DNA of 7,126 nucleotides, taken from the IMG/VR virus record IMGVR_UViG_2706794670_000012; one strand, written 5' to 3'. Each line of letters opens with the position of its first letter. Positions within the stretch are counted from its first letter, which is position 1. This stretch comes from a virus (lineage: Duplodnaviria; Heunggongvirae; Uroviricota; Caudoviricetes). A model generated the notes under the pieces. The model was not told the origin of the DNA. It worked only from the letters and a program-made list of their open reading frames with translations, and did not search any database. Made by a program: the position numbers and the translations under genes. Shown one piece after another: positions 1-6,244 of this stretch.

Positions 1-182
1 AGGGACAGCTGATAGAAACAGAAGCCACTGGAGCACCTCAAAAACACCATCATACACTAAATCAGTAAGTTGGCAGCATCACCGGGGGCGCAGACCCTGA
101 TTATGTTATCTGGGCGAAAGAAGTTCAGGGTATTAACCGTGCATGGACTTTCAGACACTGGAAAGGCACTGGAACGGTTGGC

Positions 183-581
183 GTGATGGTGGCGACAAAC
201 GATCCGGAACGCCCGGCCCCGGATGAAAGCGTGATTAACGCAGTCAGGGACCACATCCTTCCTCTGGCACCTGTTGCCGGAAGCGGATTGTATGTATTCG
301 GTGCCACAGAAAAAGTCATCCCGATGACGATTGCATTATCGAAAGACACACCGCAGATCAGGACTGCAATAAAAGCAGAGCTGAATGCACTGATGTTACG
401 GGATGGTGTGCCAGAGGGGCGTATGTATCTGTCCAGAATCAGTGAGGCCATCAGTTTGTCTGCTGGTGAAGTGGCCCACCGGTTAATCGTCCCTTCATCG
501 GATATTGACCTGGGGGAGACCGAGCTTCCGGTGCTCGGCGAGATCACCTGGCAGGCTTATGACCCGGCAAGGAGTAAATAA
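183..581 (+). CDS. Baseplate J-like protein (Mu gp47 / P2 gpJ family), C-terminal portion; probably disrupted, because protein-like sequence continues upstream in frame to 69 and is preceded by an in-frame TAA at 66-68
   Basis: Longest ORF starts at GTG 183 and ends at TAA 579-581, overlapping the next gene start (TAATG). The same frame upstream (69-182) translates as VGSITGGADPDYVIWAKEVQGINRAWTFRHWKGTGTVG, which resembles the conserved mid-protein motif of baseplate J-like proteins as I recall it. No ATG/GTG/TTG lies between 69 and 183. Its position directly upstream of a DUF2313-like gene matches Mu-like baseplate gene order. Family assignment is from memory. Confidence 0.55.
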   Translation: MMVATNDPERPAPDESVINAVRDHILPLAPVAGSGLYVFGATEKVIPMTIALSKDTPQIRTAIKAELNALMLRDGVPEGRMYLSRISEAISLSAGEVAHRLIVPSSDIDLGETELPVLGEITWQAYDPARSK

Positions 582-1171
582 TGGATTCGTTACAGGATGA
601 TTATACAAAGCTGCTGTACGGACTGATGCCGCCGGGGCCTGCATGGTCAGATACCGACGGTGTACTTGACGGTCTGGCACCATCGCTTGTGCGTGTTCAC
701 CAGCGGGCTGATGAACTGGTGATTGAAATCGATCCCGGTCAGTCCACAGAGCTGATTGAACGTTATGAAGAATTGTATGGTTTACCTGATTCCTGTTCCC
801 CTGTCGGAACCCAGACATTACGCCAGCGTCAGCAACGTCTTGAAGCAAAAGCCAATGTGGCTGGTGGCATAAATGAGCAGTTCTTCCTGGATCAGCTTGA
901 GGCGCTGGGATATACCGGCGTAACGATCGAACAGTTCCAGCACTTGGATGCAAGCCCCGATCCGGAATGGGGAGATCGCTGGCGTTATTTCTGGCGTGTG
1001 ACGTTGCCGATGGATGCCGGTGCTCAGTGGCAGACATGCACGGACGCCTGCAACACACCGATCCGGACGTGGGGGGATACGGTTGCGGAGTGCGTGATTA
1101 ATAAATTATGTCCGTCACACACCGTCGTTTTATTTTCCTATCCAGATGAGGATGAAGATGCACAGGATTGA
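581..1171 (+). CDS. Phage tail protein, DUF2313-like (Mu gp48-like / e14 YmfQ-like)
   Basis: 196-aa ORF with AAGGAG (569-574) 6 nt upstream of ATG 581. The start overlaps the upstream stop by 1 nt. The C-terminal ...WGDTVAECVINKLCPSHTVVLFSY resembles the conserved end of Mu gp48-family proteins as I recall them. It sits between a J-like gene and a tail fiber gene. Confidence 0.75.
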   Translation: MDSLQDDYTKLLYGLMPPGPAWSDTDGVLDGLAPSLVRVHQRADELVIEIDPGQSTELIERYEELYGLPDSCSPVGTQTLRQRQQRLEAKANVAGGINEQFFLDQLEALGYTGVTIEQFQHLDASPDPEWGDRWRYFWRVTLPMDAGAQWQTCTDACNTPIRTWGDTVAECVINKLCPSHTVVLFSYPDEDEDAQD

Positions 1172-2198
1172 TACGCTGACTGCGGTAAAAGATAAGTTTG
1201 GTCCGGGTAAGAACGGATTTACTGACGGAAATCTTCGCACAGGACGTCTTGCTACCTGGCTGAACAGTGCCATGTGGAATGCCATTCAGGAGGAAATCTG
1301 TGGTGTCATTGAGAAGGCCGGGATAGAACTGAATAAAGAAGAACACGACCAGCTATATAAGGCTATATTATTGCTGGTGGGCGGTGCAATTAACGAAGAG
1401 GCATTGCTGATAAAAAATAACCTTTCGGATGTGGAAGACAGGGATGAGGCTGTTGAAAACCTCGGATTAAAACCCACGGTGGATAAGGCAAAAAATGCCG
1501 TTCAGCGTGATGGCGACACCATGACCGGAGAGCTGAAAATCCGTGGTGTTAATGCGCTGAGGATTTTCAACGAAGCTTTTGGCCTGATTTTTCGTCGTTC
1601 GGAAGAGTGCCTGCACCTTATTCCCACCAGTGAAGGTCAGGGGGAAAATGGCGATATTGGTCCCCTGCGCCCGTTCACCATTAATCTGCGGACGGGTGAA
1701 ATATCCATGTCGCATAAAGTGTCTGTTGGCGGTGGTTCGCAGGTCAATGGTGCGCTGGGTATCGGCGTTCAGAACGCCCTGGGGGGGAATTCAATTGTTC
1801 TTGGTGATAATGACACCGGATTCAAACAGAATGGTGATGGCCTGCTGGATGTTTATGCCAATAGCGTGCATGTGTTGCGTTTTCAGAGTGGCAGTATCCA
1901 GAGTAATAAAGCTGTAAACGTTACAGGACGGGTAACACCGTCAGACTACGGAAACTTTGATGCCCGTTACCAGCAGCGAAATGGTGGCGTGCAGGATGTG
2001 CGGTATGGTTATGAAATGTATTACCCCCCCGGCAGTAACACCGTTTCGTGGACATTTCGCTCACCTTCGGGACACGGGCTGTCAGGGATATCGATATCGG
2101 ATACCGGCCGTAACTCAGCGGATAACGTCAACGGCGTGTATTACCGACCGCTGCAAAAACTGATTAATGGCACCTGGTATAACGTAGCGAGTATTTAA
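1158..2198 (+). CDS. Tail fiber protein (short fiber, 346 aa from ATG 1158) with a C-terminal domain of the P2 gpH / Mu S / P1 S type
   Basis: C-terminal segments (NAVQRDGDTMTGEL; NALGGNSIVLGDNDTGFKQNGDGLLDVYANS; GNFDARY; YRPLQKLINGTWYNVASI) closely parallel the conserved C-terminus of P2 gpH as I recall it. In-frame ATGs lie at 1146, 1152 and 1158; only 1158 has a GAGG (1148-1151) at suitable spacing. The ORF track's longest version starts at 1146. Confidence 0.85.
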   Translation: MHRIDTLTAVKDKFGPGKNGFTDGNLRTGRLATWLNSAMWNAIQEEICGVIEKAGIELNKEEHDQLYKAILLLVGGAINEEALLIKNNLSDVEDRDEAVENLGLKPTVDKAKNAVQRDGDTMTGELKIRGVNALRIFNEAFGLIFRRSEECLHLIPTSEGQGENGDIGPLRPFTINLRTGEISMSHKVSVGGGSQVNGALGIGVQNALGGNSIVLGDNDTGFKQNGDGLLDVYANSVHVLRFQSGSIQSNKAVNVTGRVTPSDYGNFDARYQQRNGGVQDVRYGYEMYYPPGSNTVSWTFRSPSGHGLSGISISDTGRNSADNVNGVYYRPLQKLINGTWYNVASI

Positions 2199-2200
2199 CA

Positions 2201-2746
2201 ATGTTGCATTTAAAAAATATTACGGCAGGTAATCCGAAAACCGCGGAATAATATCAGCTGACAAAACAGTATGATGTCACCTGGCTTTTTTCGGAAGACG
2301 GCAAAAACTGGTATGAAGAACAGAAGAACTTTGCCAGTGACACCATAAAAATGGTTTACACCGGAGACGGGCGCGTGGTGTGGGTCGGTAAGGATGTGAC
2401 AGGCATTGAACCCCGTAACGCCAGTGTTATTGAAGTTCCTGATATTACCGCCAACCGCCGCATTACCGCGCCGGGTTACTGGTTTTACCGCAATGATGAA
2501 TTTGTCTTTGACTACAGACTCAAAGCGGAAGATGAGCGTGATGCCCTTCTGGCTCAGGTCAGTGCCCGGACAGGGGAATGGGAAGAAGACCTGCTGCTGG
2601 GGCTAATCAGCGACGAAGACCGGGAAAAACTGAAAGCGTACCGTATTTACGCGAAATCGCTGCAGGCGATGGATTTCAGCACCATCACTGATAAATCCTC
2701 ATATAACGCCATTGAATGGTCCGTCTCTCCGGAAGGTTCTTCCTGA
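2201..2746 (+). pseudogene. Tail fiber assembly protein (Mu U / e14 Tfa-type chaperone) interrupted by an in-frame TAA at codon 17 (2249-2251); longest intact ORF is 2351-2746 (131 aa)
   Basis: ATG 2201 sits 2 nt after the fiber gene stop. The frame reads [65 protein letters not shown]..., which is colinear with the N-terminus of Mu U-type assembly proteins (MMHLKNI..NPKTKEQYQLTK... as I recall). The TAA falls where homologs have Gln. No ATG/GTG/TTG exists in frame between the stop and ATG 2351, and there is no RBS before 2351. Confidence 0.7.
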
Positions 2747-2769
2747 TTTAATTTATCGCGAGAAAAACT

Positions 2770-4038
2770 ATGTCTGTAGTGATATCAGGTGCGCTGACTG
2801 ATGGCGCAGGCATCCCCATGTCCGGATGCCAGATTATTCTGAAATCCCGTGTAAACACCTCAGAAGTGGTGATGCGTACCAGGGCTGATGTAGTGACCGG
2901 AAATAACGGTGAATATTCGTTTGAGGCACAGGTCGGAAAATATTGCGTGTATCTGAAACGGGACTGGCGCGACGAGTACTGTGTTGGCGACATTGCTGTA
3001 TACGACGACTCAAAGCCCGGCACGCTGAATGACTTTCTGATTGCTCCTGATGAGGGCGACCTGAAACCGGATGTCGTCAAACGCTTTGAGGAAATGGTGG
3101 CGCAGGCGCAGCAGAGCGCCGGGGCCGCAGCCGGAAACGCACAGCAGACGGCGCAGGATGTGGCGGCAGCCGCAGGTTATGCCCGCGCAGCAGAGCAGGC
3201 CAAAAATGACATTGATGCTGCGCTGACCGGCACTCTGAAAACGGCTAACCATCTGTCTGAAATCGCAGCAGCAGGCGAAAAGGCACAACAGAAGTCCCGG
3301 GATAATCTGGGGCTGAAAAGTGCGGCCACGATGGAAGCACAGAGCGACATTTACGACCGGACAAAAGGCCGTCTGGCGATACCCGGCGCATTCGGCTTTG
3401 GGTGTGCTTTTCTGCCTGAAGATGTTATCCGTTTTGACACTAAGAGTGATTTCCTGGCCTGGGTAAGGAATGCGCTGCCAGGTGAATATTCCGTTGCTGG
3501 CCCCTACGACATCATCATACCCGACACACGGTTTGAAGGGGTGCTCAGCATCCGGTGGACTGATGCACGCCCTGAGACAACAGAACCGAGGTACAGAGCC
3601 AAATCCCTTACTTTTTACGGCATTAACGGCCCCATTTATCACACCCGCTACTGCTACTGGCCCATATCCAGACTGACTGGCTGGGTGAAAATAAATATAA
3701 CCACAGAAGATATTATTTACAGAATCGTGGCGAGCTCTGTCTGCAACAGATGGGGAGACCCTGACATTGGCGGGCTGATTATTGCTGCGTACCAGGGAGA
3801 AGCTGACGGTGATAAAGTCATCAGACTTGTCAGGGGGCAGTCATACAGAGGCTCACGACTGGGACCGGTGGGGATTTCAGTGCCCAGTACTCCCACCGGA
3901 ACGTATATAGCATCCCCACAATTTTTCATTACGGGATGTTCAGAGCATTCATTACCGGGGTCATATAGCGCCCTGTCCGGGGTGCCGGATGCTCATGTCT
4001 CTGGCGCAATGCCCGGGCTTTTTATTCGCACATCGTGA
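2770..4038 (+). CDS. Side tail fiber protein with a lambda Stf / StfR-like N-terminal domain, an Ala/Gln-rich central segment and an unrecognised C-terminal (presumed receptor-binding) domain
   Basis: 422-aa ORF. The N-terminus MSVVISGALTDGAGIPMSGCQIILKSRVNTSEVV...VYDDSKPGTLNDFL parallels the N-terminus of lambdoid side tail fibers (MAVKISGVLKDGTGKPVQNCTIQLKA...VYEDSQPGTLNDFL as I recall), followed by an Ala-rich region typical of fiber shafts. The last ~230 aa are not familiar to me. Confidence 0.8.
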   Translation: MSVVISGALTDGAGIPMSGCQIILKSRVNTSEVVMRTRADVVTGNNGEYSFEAQVGKYCVYLKRDWRDEYCVGDIAVYDDSKPGTLNDFLIAPDEGDLKPDVVKRFEEMVAQAQQSAGAAAGNAQQTAQDVAAAAGYARAAEQAKNDIDAALTGTLKTANHLSEIAAAGEKAQQKSRDNLGLKSAATMEAQSDIYDRTKGRLAIPGAFGFGCAFLPEDVIRFDTKSDFLAWVRNALPGEYSVAGPYDIIIPDTRFEGVLSIRWTDARPETTEPRYRAKSLTFYGINGPIYHTRYCYWPISRLTGWVKINITTEDIIYRIVASSVCNRWGDPDIGGLIIAAYQGEADGDKVIRLVRGQSYRGSRLGPVGISVPSTPTGTYIASPQFFITGCSEHSLPGSYSALSGVPDAHVSGAMPGLFIRTS

Positions 4039-4048
4039 GGAATGCACC

Positions 4049-4855
4049 GTGGAAATTAAAAAAATCATTAATCCCCGTTATACCGAAAGTGGCGCAGTAG
4101 ACTGTGACGTTTTTTTTGACGACAGGGACCAGGCAGTCCCCTACACAGCCACCGCTGATGATGTCGCACCGACGGGTCAGCGAATCTGGCAGGAACTGCA
4201 AAGTGGCAAATGGGGTGAGATAGCCCCATTCACTGTGACACCAGAAATGCTGGAAGCGGCCAGAGAGGCCAGACGTCAGGAAATTGAAGCATGGCGCACA
4301 GAACAGGAGGCGAAGCCGTTCACGTTTGAATGGAACGGTCGTATCTGGAATGCTGGCCCCAACTCACTGGGCCGCCTGTCCCCGGTAGTCATGCTGGCAA
4401 AATCTGTCACAGCACAAACNNNNNNNNNNNNNNNNNNNNNNNNNNNNNNNNNNNNNNNNNNNNNNNNNNNNNNNNNNNNNNNNNNNNNNNNNNNNNNNNN
4501 NNNNNNNNNNNNNNNNNNNNNNNNNNNNNNNNNNNNNNNNNNNNNNNNNNNNNNNNNNNNNNNNNNNNNNNNNNNNNNNNNNNNNNNNNNNNNNNNNNNN
4601 NNNNNNNNNNNNNNNNNNNNNNNNNNNNNNNNNNNNNNNNNNNNNNNNNNNNNNNNNNNNNNNNNNNNNNNNNNNNNNGATGCCGATAATCAGCAGGTGA
4701 AACTGTCGATGCCGGAACTGGAAGAACTGGCGGCAGCAATGGTGCAGGCGCAGGTCGATCGCAACGATGAGATTTATCGCCGTCAGCGTGAAATGAAAGA
4801 GGAGCTGAGTGGTCTGGAGGATTTGGGAACAATTAGAGCGTTTGATGTTACGTAA
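4049..4855 (+). CDS. Putative tail fiber assembly/chaperone protein; ORF spans the 259-N assembly gap, so length, continuity and even single-gene status are unverified
   Basis: GAGGA (4037-4041) lies 7 nt upstream of GTG 4049, immediately after the fiber gene stop (TGA 4036-4038). The ORF-track start at ATG 3989 would overlap the fiber gene by 50 nt and has no RBS. Position directly downstream of a fiber gene is the main argument; the sequence (...TPEMLEAAREARRQEIEAWRTEQEAKPFTFEWNGRIWN...) is only loosely chaperone-like. The pre- and post-gap segments are in the same frame only by virtue of the arbitrary gap length. Confidence 0.45.
   Translation: MEIKKIINPRYTESGAVDCDVFFDDRDQAVPYTATADDVAPTGQRIWQELQSGKWGEIAPFTVTPEMLEAAREARRQEIEAWRTEQEAKPFTFEWNGRIWNAGPNSLGRLSPVVMLAKSVTAQXXXXXXXXXXXXXXXXXXXXXXXXXXXXXXXXXXXXXXXXXXXXXXXXXXXXXXXXXXXXXXXXXXXXXXXXXXXXXXXXXXXXXXXDADNQQVKLSMPELEELAAAMVQAQVDRNDEIYRRQREMKEELSGLEDLGTIRAFDVT
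4420..4678. other. Assembly gap (259 N)
   Basis: Uninterrupted run of n characters from 4420 to 4678. Confidence 1.
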
Positions 4856-4901
4856 TTGGTAAGCTGCATCGTGTTAAATTGTTACCCTTATTTACAACTA
4901 G

Positions 4902-4935
4902 AAAAGCCTCTGACTTCATAATCAGAGGCTTTTTT
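4902..4935. terminator. Rho-independent, probably bidirectional terminator at the end of the tail-fiber operon
   Basis: AAAAGCCTCTGA (4902-4913), 8-nt loop, TCAGAGGCTTTT (4922-4933), forming a perfect 12-bp stem with a GC-rich core, followed by a T run to 4935. The A run on the 5' side gives a U tract for the opposite strand as well. Confidence 0.6.
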
Positions 4936-4936
4936 G

Positions 4937-4952
4937 AAATGCACGTGCATTT
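4937..4952. repeat. Perfect 16-bp palindrome AAATGCACGTGCATTT; candidate protein-binding site, function unknown
   Basis: The sequence equals its own reverse complement. It lies between the terminator and the ssrA 3' end. Confidence 0.9.
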
Positions 4953-5053
4953 TGCGTGTATATTTTTGTCTTTTTCTGGTCCGCTTACTGTCTGGTCAGT
5001 GTCCGTAAGTGACTGTTTTTATAGTCTCTGTCCGGTTGCAGTCCTGTCAAAAG

Positions 5054-5416
5054 TGGTGGAGCTGGCGGGAGTTGAACCCGCGTCCGAAATTCCTACATCC
5101 TCGGTACTACATGCTTAGTCAGTCTTTACATTCGCTTGCCAGCTGCGGACGGACACGCCACTAACAAACTAGCCTGATTAAGTTTTAACGCTTCAACCCC
5201 AGGCAGGGCTTCCACGCGATCTCTTTTGGGTTTGACCTCTCTTGATCCCCGTCCTAAGAGCGGAGGCTAGGGAGAGAGGGCTCTAAGCAGGTTATTAAGC
5301 TGCTAAAGCGTAGTTTTCGTCGTTTGCGACTATTTTTTGCGGCTTTTTACGAGGCCAACCGCCCCTCGGCATGCACCTTGGGTTTCGCAAATCCCGTCGA
5401 ATCCAGAATCAGCCCC
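5054..5416 (-). ncRNA. ssrA: tmRNA (transfer-messenger RNA, SsrA), 363 nt
   Basis: The reverse complement of 5054-5416 reads GGGGCTGATTCTGGATTCGACGGG...GGGTTCAACTCCCGCCAGCTCCACCA, matching the E. coli tmRNA as I recall it over the full length. The tag-peptide reading frame GCAAACGACGAAAACTACGCTTTAGCAGCTTAA (ANDENYALAA-stop) lies at 5295-5327 on the minus strand. The tRNA-like 3' end finishes in CCA. Confidence 0.97.
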
Positions 5417-5430
5417 AATGTGTAAAGGTA

Positions 5431-5460
5431 AGTATACCAGATTTATGAGCGCCATGACCA
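5431..5460 (-). promoter_or_regulatory. Putative sigma70 promoter of ssrA
   Basis: On the minus strand, TATACT (5431-5436) sits 14 nt upstream of the mature tmRNA 5' end, consistent with a short RNase P-processed leader. A weak -35-like TGGTCA (5455-5460) lies 18 bp further upstream. Sequence-pattern inference only. Confidence 0.4.
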
Positions 5461-5630
5461 GCCTCAATGGCGTTATCGTTAAAGATTTAGCACCCATGTA
5501 GCCTGATTTTTATTCGATTAAGCAATGGGATGGCAACATTTGTGTCGGATGTGATAGCCAATAAGATGTTCATTCGCGCCGCCGGAGAGGGAGGCGCGGT
5601 GAGGAACTGGTCAATAATTGGAGTGCAGGT

Positions 5631-6113
5631 TTAACGGTGGGCGTTTTTCATGATACGTGCTTTATCCACCTGCCATTCGCGTTCTTTGATATCTGAACGT
5701 TTATCGTGCTGTTTTTTACCTTTGGCGACGCCGATTTTCACTTTGCACCAGGCATTTTTCCAGTACAGGGAGAGCGCCACTACGGTATAGCCTTCTCGAT
5801 TGACGCGACCGTACAATGAGTCCAGTTCGCGCTGGTTGAGAAGTAACTTGCGGGTACGGGTAGGATCGCACACCACATGCGTGGAGGCCACGGCCATTGG
5901 CGTGATGTTAGCGCCAAACAGAAATGCCTCTCCGTCACGCAGAAGGACGTAGCTGTCGCTGATATTGGCTTTTCCTGCGCGCAGGGATTTAACTTCCCAG
6001 CCTTGCAGGGCAAGTCCCGCTTCGAACTCTTCTTCGATAAAGTATTCGTGACGGGCGCGCTTGTTAAGCGCGATGGTCGCTGAACCAGGTTTATGTGCTT
6101 TTTTCTTCGTCAT
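5631..6113 (-). CDS. smpB: SsrA-binding protein SmpB
   Basis: 160-aa ORF ([81 protein letters not shown]...) matching E. coli SmpB, in the conserved position upstream of ssrA on the same strand. Confidence 0.97.
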
Positions 6114-6244
6114 AAGCGTCGTGAATCATCGGTAATCTGAAATCGAAAACACCCCATATCAATCCTGCGGGGGACAAGGCTCTATCTTAGCATGAACCCG
6201 ATGTTACCCAGCGCCGGGATAGCGTTTTTTTTACAGCAGGATAA

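Larger units (their letters stand above)
1..5053. mobile_element. Right-hand end of an integrated phage-derived element (prophage, cryptic prophage or phage-tail-like element) carrying tail/baseplate/tail-fiber late genes; abuts the 3' end of ssrA
   Basis: Contiguous + strand run of genes whose translations resemble phage baseplate and tail-fiber proteins (Mu/e14/P2-type and lambda Stf-type), ending about 200 bp from the 3' CCA end of the tmRNA gene, a well-known integration site. The left boundary is outside the window. The exact right boundary (att core) cannot be set without the other end of the element. Confidence 0.7.

Noticed and set aside
495-1058. 187-aa minus-strand ORF (Arg/His/Pro-rich)
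   Set aside because: Antisense to the DUF2313-like and J-like genes. Low-complexity composition typical of a spurious antisense frame. No RBS or homology.
1630-1917. 95-aa + strand ORF in an alternative frame inside the first fiber gene, and similar small ORFs at 1098-1346, 1286-1477, 1467-1715, 1957-2163, 2406-2606, 3470-3676 and 3717-3929
   Set aside because: All are nested within or antisense to well-supported tail genes and have no independent support.
1781-2030. Homopolymer tracts G7 (1781-1787) and C7 (2024-2030) inside the first fiber gene as possible phase-variation switches
   Set aside because: Seven-base tracts are short for slipped-strand phase variation, and both are explained by Gly-Gly and Pro-Pro codons. 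No contingency-locus context.
3010-3642. 210-aa minus-strand ORF (Cys/Arg-rich)
   Set aside because: Antisense to the GC-rich, Ala-rich shaft region of the Stf-like fiber gene. Long open antisense frames are expected there by composition.
2770-4038. Diversity-generating retroelement or repeat-based variation targeting the fiber tip
   Set aside because: No reverse transcriptase ORF and no template/variable repeat pair is visible in the window.
3989-4048. ATG 3989 as the start of the second chaperone ORF (ORF-track version)
   Set aside because: It would overlap the fiber gene by 50 nt in another frame and has no RBS. GTG 4049 with GAGGA at 4037-4041 is the more plausible start.
4879-5118. 79-aa + strand ORF
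   Set aside because: Its 3' part is antisense to the tmRNA gene and its 5' part covers the terminator and palindrome region. It is an artefact of the open frame across ssrA.
5575-5598. GC-rich inverted repeat CGCGCC...GGCGCG just downstream of the smpB stop
   Set aside because: Short stem with a long loop and no U tract on the smpB strand. It lies in the conserved smpB-ssrA spacer, so I could not support it as a terminator.
5780-6083. ORFs at 5780-6013 (minus) and 5877-6083 (plus) overlapping smpB, and 6341-6598 (minus) antisense to ratA
   Set aside because: They overlap highly conserved, confidently identified genes in other frames or strands.
6225-6232. T8 run in the smpB-ratA divergent intergenic region
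   Set aside because: No convincing stem precedes it on either strand. It is more likely part of the AT-rich divergent promoter region.
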